From Daejeonella sp. (GTDB lineage: Bacteria; Bacteroidota; Bacteroidia; Sphingobacteriales; Sphingobacteriaceae), in contig JBBJNR010000004.1 in the NCBI GenBank assembly GCA_037719315.1, forward strand, positions 11,737 to 75,736: DNA of 64,000 nucleotides, in the 5' to 3' direction. Shown one piece after another: positions 28,814 to 38,500 of the stretch. The number at the start of each line of letters is the position of its first letter. Positions within the stretch are counted from its first letter, which is position 1. The position numbers were made by a program, and so were the translations under genes. Under the pieces are notes generated by a model. The model was not told the origin of the DNA. It saw only the letters and a list, made by a program, of their open reading frames with translations, and made no database searches.

Positions 28814-30928
28814 TTACTTTAATAGCTGGTATACGATAAGGCTTGCAATATAAGCCAGCGAGGTCATGTACGCAAATTGTATGGCAGGCCATTTCCAGCT
28901 TTTTGTTTCCCGGTAAACAATTGCAACCGTACTTATACATTGCATGGCGAAGGCATAAAAAACCATTAACGAAAAGGCAACAGCTACCGTAAAAACGGGA
29001 AGTCCCGTTTCAGAATTTCTAGCCGCCATCATTTTATCGCGGACAGAGGCGAGATTCGAATTATCCGCTTCCACGCTGTAAATGGTTGCCATCGTCCCGA
29101 CAAAAACTTCACGGGCGGCGAATGAAGTGATTAAGGCAATCCCAATCTTCCAGTCAAATCCCAGGGGCCGGATTACCGGTTCAATAGATTTGCCAAGTAT
29201 ACCCGCATATGAATTCTCCAATTTCTCTGAAGACACCAGGCGATCAATCTCGTGCTTTGGATATTTTTCAACATAGGCTTCAGACCGGTATTTTTGATCA
29301 ATGTCATTGAATTTTCCGGAGGGTCCGTAGGAAGACAGCACCCATAGGATTATAGATACCGCTATGATTATCTTCCCCGCCTCAAAAACAAAAGCTTTAA
29401 CGCTTCTGTACATGGTGAGCAACACGTTATTCCATCGCGGCATCCGGTATACCGGAAGCTCCATGATAAAATAGCCGCGTTCGCGTGACCTGATGATCAG
29501 CTTCATTGCCCAGGCCACAATGATCGCACTAACAATACTTAGCAAGTACAAAGCCATTAAGGCAATCCCCTGCATGTTAATAAAGCCCCAAACCTTCTGA
29601 TCCGGTACCACCATGGAAATCAAAAGAGTGTAAACAGGCAGCCTTGCTGAACAGGCGATCAGTGGAGTAACCATAATTGTGATCATCCTGTCCTTCCAGT
29701 TTTCGATATTCCGCGTACTCATAATAGACGGAACGGCACAGGCGAATCCACCGATCATTGGAACAACTGACTTCCCGCTGAGGCCCACTTTACGCATGAT
29801 CTTATCCATCATGAAAGTAACGCGGGACATGTAGCCCGTATCCTCAAGGATAGATATGAAAGCAAAAAGTATGGCGATCTGAGGTATAAATATCAGCACT
29901 CCGCTAAGTCCTGCTAATACGCCGTCTATCAGCAGATCCGAAAAAACACCTTGCGGAAGCACCTGGTGGCTTAGATTGGTGACCCAAATGAACAGGTTTT
30001 CAATAAGCGACATGGGATACTCCGACCAGGCGAATATAGACTGGAAAATGAGGAACAGGATCAGGAAAAATATGACAAACCCAAAAAGCCTGTGTGTCAG
30101 TATATTATCTATCCTGTTGCTCATCGTTTCCTTCCCCGGATCAGAATTTAGCTTTACCGTATCAAAAAGAACATCATTTATAAAGCTGTACCTGCCAATA
30201 GTTTCAGTGGCCTGGGATTTTTGTGAATGAAAGGAAAACTCATTTTTAATTTCCTCGATCCGTATATTTTCTTCGTCAGACAGAAAGGAGAGCTGCTCAT
30301 GCTGATGTGCCAGTTGAAGGGCTACATAGGGATATTTTATATTCAGGTCTCGTCTGATCGCATGGATCAGATCAGGAGCCAGGGCCGGAACATCGATTGA
30401 AGGAAACTGGGTGGGAATAGAGCTGCTTTGACTGATAGCAAGCTTTAGCCCTTCAATTCCTTCAAGTTTCCGCGCTGAAATAGGCACTATCTGAACCCCA
30501 AGCTTTAAAGCCAGATCATCGACAGCTATTTCGATCCCCGCCTGCATGGAAAGATCCATCATGTTCAACGCGATGACGATCGGGATACGCAGGTCTGCTA
30601 CCTGCGAAAAAAGCAGGAGGTTTCGTTTGAGGTTGGAAGCATCGGCTACAAATACGATAAGATCGGGGTGGACCGGACTGTTTTTATCAGCGAGGGCATC
30701 CATAACAATACGCTCATCTCTGCTTTTAGGATAGAAGCTGTACGTTCCGGGAAGGTCGATGATACGTGCGGTGCGGCCGTCAGGAAGTTTGGAAAAGCCC
30801 TCCTTTTTCTCAACCGTTACACCCGGAAAATTGCCAATCTTCTGACTTAACCCGGTAAGAACATTAAAAAGCGTAGATTTTCCGGAGTTGGGATTTCCAA
30901 CAAGTGCAACTTTTAACTCCTGACCCAA
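28814..30928 (-). CDS. feoB: Ferrous iron transport protein B
   Basis: GNPNSGKST, NFPGVTVEKK, DLPGTYS, NMMD G-motifs; FACAVP and CSARLPVY gate motifs. Confidence 0.97.
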   Translation of the reverse strand: MGQELKVALVGNPNSGKSTLFNVLTGLSQKIGNFPGVTVEKKEGFSKLPDGRTARIIDLPGTYSFYPKSRDERIVMDALADKNSPVHPDLIVFVADASNLKRNLLLFSQVADLRIPIVIALNMMDLSMQAGIEIAVDDLALKLGVQIVPISARKLEGIEGLKLAISQSSSIPTQFPSIDVPALAPDLIHAIRRDLNIKYPYVALQLAHQHEQLSFLSDEENIRIEEIKNEFSFHSQKSQATETIGRYSFINDVLFDTVKLNSDPGKETMSNRIDNILTHRLFGFVIFFLILFLIFQSIFAWSEYPMSLIENLFIWVTNLSHQVLPQGVFSDLLIDGVLAGLSGVLIFIPQIAILFAFISILEDTGYMSRVTFMMDKIMRKVGLSGKSVVPMIGGFACAVPSIMSTRNIENWKDRMITIMVTPLIACSARLPVYTLLISMVVPDQKVWGFINMQGIALMALYLLSIVSAIIVAWAMKLIIRSRERGYFIMELPVYRMPRWNNVLLTMYRSVKAFVFEAGKIIIAVSIILWVLSSYGPSGKFNDIDQKYRSEAYVEKYPKHEIDRLVSSEKLENSYAGILGKSIEPVIRPLGFDWKIGIALITSFAAREVFVGTMATIYSVEADNSNLASVRDKMMAARNSETGLPVFTVAVAFSLMVFYAFAMQCISTVAIVYRETKSWKWPAIQFAYMTSLAYIASLIVYQLLK

Positions 30929-30930
30929 AA

Positions 30931-31146
30931 TTATTGCATGATGATGGTGGAAGCTTCCCGCTTCCTCAGACTTAACTGGTATCCGGAAACAGTGATCGCA
31001 ATCGGATCACCGAGAGGCGCTATGCGTTCAACCACAATTGATTCGCCTGGCAGGCATCCCATTTCCATCAGTTTAATTGACATTTCAAGGTCTGTAAATT
31101 CCTTTATTATCCCTGATTGGCCTGGTTGAAATTGTGAAAGCTTCAT
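30931..31146 (-). CDS. feoA: Ferrous iron transport protein A
   Basis: LMEMGCLPGE and APLGDPI motifs; immediately upstream of feoB. Confidence 0.95.
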   Translation of the reverse strand: MKLSQFQPGQSGIIKEFTDLEMSIKLMEMGCLPGESIVVERIAPLGDPIAITVSGYQLSLRKREASTIIMQ

Positions 31147-31163
31147 GTTTCTATAAATCTATC

Positions 31164-31197
31164 CAAAAATAAAGTTTATTTAAATTAATTCCAAATA
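31164..31197 (-). promoter_or_regulatory. feoAB promoter (-7 TATTTTTG, -33 TTTG) overlapped by a 21-bp imperfect palindrome (candidate iron-repressor operator)
   Basis: CAAAAATA at 31164-71, CAAA at 31192-95, palindrome TATTTAAATTAATTCCAAATA at 31177-97. Confidence 0.55.
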
Positions 31198-31277
31198 GCG
31201 GATAAGGTAATTAGCATCGAAACGTCATTTTTACACGATAATTTTGCTTCCCTTATTCAAAGGAAGGTGTCTGAAGG

Positions 31278-31410
31278 TTGCCACGGGCTTCAGCCCGTGG
31301 GGAGAGATGATCATGTGAGTGGGCTTTAGCCCAAATTCTGATACAATTCCTTATTTGGGCTAAAGCCCACTCATAAATAATCCAATACCTCCCGCTAAAG
31401 CTGGAGGCAA
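31278..31410. repeat. REPIN/BIME-like module of four GGCTTTAGCC-type palindromes
   Basis: TTG-CCACGGGC-ttca-GCCCGTGG; perfect 21-bp inverted repeat 31316-36 / 31353-73; inverted CCTCCCGCTAAAGCTGGAGGCAA. Confidence 0.8.
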
Positions 31411-31527
31411 TTGACGCTGAATCGCAACTAACCCTAGCTTTCCTGGAGGTAAATATTTGTGTTTACAGGGCAACTGCGATAGGTAGGGAGAGGAAAACTA
31501 CACGCTGTAAAGCTTCAAAGTTTCCCT

Positions 31528-31653
31528 TTAATAGCCGTTAGAAGCAGGATAGCTTTGAATAAATTTAGGACACTTACACCCTTTCTTGAAAATCCCACAG
31601 GAGGACAGGCTGAGTGCGATAAGCAGGCAAAATATCTTAAAGCAATTTTTCAT
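31528..31653 (-). CDS. Small (41 aa) lipoprotein with CxCP motif; below the ORF track cut-off
   Basis: [41 protein letters not shown]: basic N-region, hydrophobic core, lipobox LSSC; ATG overlaps the 3-prime end of the VanZ-like gene. Confidence 0.75.
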   Translation of the reverse strand: MKNCFKIFCLLIALSLSSCGIFKKGCKCPKFIQSYPASNGY

Positions 31654-32041
31654 TAAAACGCGTTCGATGCAAAAATATATAACTGAAAATACCCATTCCC
31701 ACTCCTATCATATCGGCAAACAAATCCCACCACTCTGCTGAACGATAGGTAAACACCGTTAATTGGAGTATCTCTATCAGAACTCCTAAACCTACGGTGA
31801 TGAACAGTATCTTTAGTAAAGTTACTCCGCGATACGAATAACTTGCCTGCTGCTGTATCTTGCCGTAAAACAAAAGAACCGTCAGCACAAAAAAGAATCC
31901 TGTATGGGCCAGCTTATCAAACCCCTCAAAAAACCTCAGACCTCCAATATTTGTATCCCCCAAAGGTATGTCGCACATAATGACAACAAATATTGCCCAT
32001 AGGATAGCCAAATACTGGTACTTTATAATTTTTAACATCAA
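31637..32041 (-). CDS. VanZ-like family membrane protein
   Basis: [26 protein letters not shown] motifs; usual position after gcvH. Confidence 0.85.
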   Translation of the reverse strand: MMLKIIKYQYLAILWAIFVVIMCDIPLGDTNIGGLRFFEGFDKLAHTGFFFVLTVLLFYGKIQQQASYSYRGVTLLKILFITVGLGVLIEILQLTVFTYRSAEWWDLFADMIGVGMGIFSYIFLHRTRFNEKLL

Positions 32042-32418
32042 GCTCCGACCTGTACTTTATAGTCCGCTGCAGACAGAAGGCCTTCAATCTGAGAGGCATC
32101 CGATAGCTCGATCTTAACCATCCAGCCATCTCCGTAAGGGTCACTATTTACCAGCTCGGGATTGGCATCCAGCTTTCGGTTTATCTCAGCAATTTTTCCC
32201 GAAAGGGGCATAAAGAGGTCCGAAACTGTTTTCACTGCTTCTACAGTCCCAAAAACATCTTCCTGGGCAACGTCCTTACCAAGTGTGTTGATATCAACGT
32301 ATACAATATCTCCAAGTTCATGCTGCGCAAATTCTGTTATTCCAACGTATGCAAGACTGCCTTCAATACGGATCCATTCATGATCTTTAGTATATTTTAA
32401 TTCTTCAGGGAAGTTCAT
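32038..32418 (-). CDS. gcvH: Glycine cleavage system H protein
   Basis: [24 protein letters not shown] lipoyl motif, NSDPYGDGW. Confidence 0.97.
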   Translation of the reverse strand: MNFPEELKYTKDHEWIRIEGSLAYVGITEFAQHELGDIVYVDINTLGKDVAQEDVFGTVEAVKTVSDLFMPLSGKIAEINRKLDANPELVNSDPYGDGWMVKIELSDASQIEGLLSAADYKVQVGA

Positions 32419-32467
32419 TTGTTTTGTTTTTTGTTCAAAAATAGTTTAAGTAGGGCAGACTTCCAAA

Positions 32468-32590
32468 AAGGAGCAAAGATCAAGGATCAAAGAATAAAGA
32501 CTCAATTTGATGTGACAAATCAAATTCCTAGTCTGAATTTTTATTCTATACTCTTTGTTTTTGTTCCTTGATCTTTGCTCCTTGTTCCTT
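32468..32590. repeat. Heptanucleotide (AAGATCA) array with inverted arms
   Basis: Five heptads at 32469-32503; perfect 19-bp inverted repeat 32468-86 / 32565-83; inner hairpin aatttgat/atcaaatt. Confidence 0.8.
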
Positions 32591-32597
32591 AATCTAT

Positions 32598-35500
32598 CTA
32601 TAATGTAAACCTCAAATTCACCCCGAAATTACTGAACGATGTATTGAATGTTTGTGAGGTATACGGTTTAGTAATGTTACCGTCATAGAACAGCACCAGT
32701 TTAAAGCGCTGGTTCAATATATAATCAACTGACGGGCGAATCGTAATATTTTGAGCGCCCGAAGAAACTTCCGCATCATCCACATCTGCGCGGTAAATAA
32801 TCACTTTGCTATCCCGTAAAGCAAAATCAACCTTGAAGGTCATATCATTATCCATCTTTAAGCCCTTGAACAATCCGAGAGGGAAACGGAAACGGTTGGT
32901 ACGATAGCCCATCCCGAAAACCGCCCCATCTTCCTTTTGCTGGGCCAGCTGGCTGTTGGACAGGCTGAAGCTAAGCGCACGCGACTTCCGGTATTCCAGG
33001 TTAATGGTCATATTATTCTTAAGCCTCATATCCACTCCGAGTAAAGGCAAAAATTGTTCGAATAGGGTAACCTGGGAAAACTGGTAAAAGGGCAGAAAAT
33101 TACTGTTCGCATCCCTGACGTTTACGGCGCCGTTTGCCGTTTGATAGCGGACCAGCGAATTAAATCCGTTCACGCTGTAAGTAGAACGGTAAGTGTGGTT
33201 AAAATCAATCGACGTAAATATGTCATTGAAAAAATTGAACTTACTTAAGCCATTGTAAGTTAAGCGCCAGTTAGGAATAGGTATTTTAGGAAAGCGATTC
33301 AAGGAAACTGTATTTGCATCCTTACCTGTGTACGCGGCGATGAATGATGCGATGAGCACATCCTGGGAATTTTTACTATACCCATCCGAAAAGCCGCCGC
33401 TTGACCCAGTGGAATTTGGGTTTGCTGAGCCAAGTCTTTGAGAGATGATTGCCCTGTTCTCTTCCAGCTGCCGGAAGAGACGCGATGAATTATTAGTTTT
33501 ATTCTCCTTACTGAACGCCGTGCGCAATGAAAAATAGGATACGCTATAGTCACCGGTAGTAACAGGACTTAAGTTCTCAAAGCTATTTACTGAGGGTAAA
33601 AATTTAAAGTTTGTGGAGTAGTTGAAATTCTGCCGCCGGGAAGCCGTTAATTCAATACGCAGATCACGGAAGGGTTCCAGCATCCCGCGGAAGTCCATGT
33701 CTTCCCTGTTGGTGGTAATATATAACTGGTTGAGCAGCGAATCACGTGTTATCCAGTTATTGTTAATCGCCCTGCCACGTATGTCCCGCTGACTTCCAAA
33801 CAGGAAGTCATATCCAGGGGCACTTGCATCGAGATCTTGTCCCAGAAAGTTAGTCGATGGTAAATACCCCGGCAGAAAAGTACCTTGAGTCTTTGTATAA
33901 GCACCGCTTACATTTTTCAAACTCGTAAGGAAACTAACAAAGAATTTGCCTACCCCCTTCTCTGCCTGGCTGGCGGTACGGACAAAACCAAATTTATTAT
34001 AAAGCGCTACCAGGCCCAGCGTGGGATTCAACTGAATGGTGCGTGAATTCTGAATGGTATTCCCGATATTAATTTCAGGACTGCGGAGCGTTAAAAGAGG
34101 CTCGGTCTGCCAGTTAAACCCCGCGCCATATCGGGCTGCCACCGTTATCCAGTCTAAGCCAGGGATCTTATTTATTGGAAGGTTATAAGTAATGTTCATG
34201 GTATGGCCATAGTCCGTTGTCCGGCCAAGCTTCTTCAGATTACTCCATAAAGTATCGCGTTTAAGACCGTCTATCCTCCCCTCCGGTTCATCGATTATCG
34301 AGTAATTTGTAGCATTAAAATCCAGCTGCATAGAGCGTGTTAAATTCCAGCTGATGCCGTACAACCTGGACATCTGGAAATTTTTATTGAAGTTGGTATT
34401 GACCGGCAGAAAATTGTTCGGATCATTGTCCCTCAATGTATTTTCAGAATACAAGCGGTCTACGTCTATTCTGAAATTAAGGACTGATGGAAGCAAGCTG
34501 AAATTAAAATCCCGGATCAGGGAAAGGCTTTTTGATTTAATGAGCTTCTCAAAAGGCGTGATCGATTTCGCCTGCCTCGCATAATTATATTGCATGCCTG
34601 CCCTGTAGGTCTTTTGAATCGTGTTTTCATTAATATAGTCCCGGTGATTGAACTCATTAAACGCATAGGTGGCGCTAAGGTTCTCAATATCCCAGAGCCT
34701 GACCTTGCTGTCAGGATTAGTTTTAATCTTGCGGACATTGGTAAAGTTGATACTTTTCCGTGAGGTATAATCTTCGGTGATGAAACGGAGTGAATCGCGG
34801 TCAGACCTTGAGGAATTCCTCAGCACCGTTTTAAATTCGGTATCCTGGTTCCTGGGATCGTATTGGGGGCTTCCCACCTGTGAGGAAAAGTTTACGTACA
34901 TAGGCACTTTAATCCCGGTGCGTTCCGGAAAGAATTTCCCCAGCTCCATACTTCCCGAAAGGTCGAATAACACATCATCTTCACGGTTGCGCTCGCTCAC
35001 TTTTCGATCGATCGATCCAAATCCAATCGTGCTTTTACTGCCTGAAATGGTAATATCTGCAAAATCTGCAAGCTTCGCGTTAAGCCTTGCAGTAGAGGCC
35101 CAGCCGCCGCGTTCGTCAAAATCTGTAAGACGAAGTTCATTAAACCAGACCTGGGCTGTTTTATCCAGTCCATCATCTGTTCCCGGACTTGCAGGGTTAC
35201 GTAAAGGGTTACGAACGCCAAGCATATAAACCCTCACCTTGCTGAGGTCCGGCTGACCTTTCACAACGATTGTATTGACTCCATCCTGGTAAAGGAACGG
35301 CCGGTTAATCGGCCAGGGCTGCCCATTGAACAGGGCTTTATTCCTGGCCGCTTTTGCAAGCTGAAATAACCTCAGCTCTATATCAAGTTTATTTTGCGCA
35401 GGCCATATCGCATTAGGGTCCCTAGACCCTGGGTTAGTTACTTTTAGCGGAATATCATAATCATAATAGTTATCCTGGTTATCTGTTCCCACCCTCAGGA

Positions 35501-38500
35501 ATGCACGCAGGTCGTTATCACCCAGTTGGTTTCCTTCGGCATGGATAAACATTTCCATTCTCCTGTAAGAACGAAAATCATTAAAGGTCGTACGGAACGA
35601 CGCCCTGCCATAGCCATCCCTCAGGTCGCGTACCGTTAAAGAAAGTGACTGTTCATTTTGCTCAGACTCCCCCCGGAAATTTGTATAATCTTTTTCCCGC
35701 TGAATGCCCGGGGGCAGGACATAAGGGATGGGCGTACGCTTGCCGTTTTCTTCAATATTTACAGTTCCCACATCAATGGAGGAATTATCAAGACCAGGGT
35801 TGATCAGCCCGGGATCCGCAATCACTTTTGAAGGATTATTTTCAGAGTTATATCTTCTCCATTCGCCCCTTACCAGTTGAAGCTTTGCAAGGCGCATCAC
35901 CGTCGTGTCTGCAAAGTTTGTCATGAACATCCTGATGAAACGGATAGATTTAAAATCCTCTATATTTCCGACTTTCTGAATATAATCCGCGACCGGGATT
36001 TTAAACTGGATCCATTTTACCGTTTCTGTTTTACCGTTAGCCAGCTTGACTGTTGCCGGGACAATGTCGGTGATGTAATTCGATCCAACAGTCATCAGAT
36101 CCTGCGGACGGATAGAAACTTTGTACTGGTAATATTCATCTGCCTGGGTAGAATTATTGTCCCTGTTGATATCTTCACCATCAGGCAATGAGGTTGCGGC
36201 CGTATTTTCAATCCCGGTCTGGTCCCGGGATTGCTGAGGCGTTTTGGAGTTGCCTTCCGGGCTATTATACTTTTCATACCTCTTTAGAATTCCAGCATTC
36301 TGCTGATCGAGATTTGATCCCCTATAATACTGGTAATCATCTGATGACGGATCTGCATCCAGCGCTATCCCAGCCTGCGGGTTAATAGTTGCCTTAACCT
36401 GGTTAAGAAATGTGGTGTACTGCTGCGCCTCTTCAGCACTTCCAAGTCCGTCAATTCCCACATCCTGAAAAGCCCGGGCGTCAGAATTATTATCAAAGGC
36501 TTGTATCACAGGTTGTAGCTTGGGCACCCTGCCCCACACGGTCACATCTGTTTTAGCAGTATTCCCATCTACCGGCAAACCATTCTCCAGGCTTTTTCTG
36601 CCATCTTTTAATATATCCTCGGTAATATTTCCGAGGTTAAAATAGACGTCCCCACCGGGGCTGGTTGTATTATACAGAAAGGGGTCGAGCATCCACATTT
36701 CGATAAACTCGATATTGAGCGCTTCGAAATCATTTGTTTCCAACTTTCTAAAGATCCCGCCCCAGCGGCTTCGTGGATTCGAAAGGCTTCCATCCGGGTT
36801 CAGGCCGTTAGGCGTAAAATTATATGGTCCTCTGATAGTGGGATAAAATGCCAGGTCAAAGGTAGGGAGTATAATGGCCTGTCCCGTCGGAGAATCTTTA
36901 AATGGAAAAACTTCGCGCTCAAAAACCTGGCGCACATAGTGGTTAGAAAGCTGGTTCTTATCCCTTCTGATGTTATCGGGGGTCAGGGAATTACCTGTGA
37001 TAAAGAATATAGGATCGATGTTATAGAAAGCCAGGCGTGCCCTGTTATAACCGTACGCCAGGTCATTGTTCAGCCTGGATTCCGGGAACAGCTGCGGGGT
37101 ACCAGAGATCTGCCAGGCTATGGCGCTTTTAATGTCTATCAGCGACCTGCTGGCCTCAAAGTCGTCGAGATAGCTGGCGCCATTCCGGCTTCCAGCAAAA
37201 TTCAGCGCTCTTGGATGTCCGGGAATAAGATTGGCATATTCACCGCTAAAGGTTAAGGTAGATGGCTCTTTTGTATTTATAAAAGGGATCTTATCCACCA
37301 TCCTGGTCAGCCACCTGGAATCAGAGCTGTAATTGGCATCCAGTCCCCATATCGTATTGGAAATGGCTTCCTCGCCTATATTTACCTTTTCCGTCAGCGG
37401 TTTTTCCGTTAAGTTCATGAACGTGCCGCCCAGGTTAAGCTTATTGCTGACCCGGTAATCGAAGCGGGATCCCATGAGGGACCGCTGCTGAAGACCAAAA
37501 AGCTCATTGTTTTCGAGCTTAATACGGATCTGCTGTCCTGAATTCAGTAATGCCTGGTTCAGTATCCTAACGATTCCAATATTATAATCCACAGTAAAAT
37601 CCACACCTTCCTGCAAGGGGAGGGTTCCGGCAACAACCTGAACGGAGCCTTGGGGGATATTGATGGCATTTAACTGGAATTCTGAACCGGATTGCGACTG
37701 GTACGTCCCGCGGATCTGATACCTGTTCAGTCTTTGGAACAATTGCTGAGCCAGCACTTTTGTAGAGTCGTATAGCGGCTGAAAAACATACTTATCTATT
37801 AGATTTCGTTCACTTACAGGATTGAATCGTCTGGCCAGGTCTGAGCCAAATGGCTCGACCAAAGGAAAAGTGATCCGGCCGTTCATGGGATCAATCGTTA
37901 TACCTTCCAGAAAGTCAAAAAAGCCATCAGGCTTACGGTCATTCTGCTGGTTCAGGTTATCCAGATTTGTTAGTTGAAGCCACAGTTTTCCAGTAGTATT
38001 CTGGCCTTCCGTAATTTGCGGAGTTTCCACGCCGGTATCTTCGCCAAGCCTGAAAATATTCAATCTAAAATCTGTACGGCTAACCTGGTAAGCGCCTAAA
38101 GAATAGATATTCTTCATCATCAGGTCCCATGTTGGAAGCGCTGTTTTAAGCGTCTCATTCTTCAATAATTTTACGTACAGGACTTTAGGCGTTGTATTGT
38201 CAACCGTGACATCTGTAGAAAATTCACCTACCTGGTACTCCACTCCGTTGATCGTATACCGGAAAGCCACTGCTAATACCTCATCGGCATTCAGAGAGGT
38301 GTTGAGTGAGATATAACCCAGCCTGGGGTTCAGAATAAATTCCTTATCCGTAAGATTCCGTGCAAAGGTCAGCTTAGCAAAGTTATCGGTTGCACCATTT
38401 CCCTGAAAGTAGGCATTTGCATCATTCGTGTTGGTCAGCCTTGTACCGGGGGGTATGTTTTGCAGCAGGTCATTAGACTGCTGGGGAAAGCCTGGTCCGT

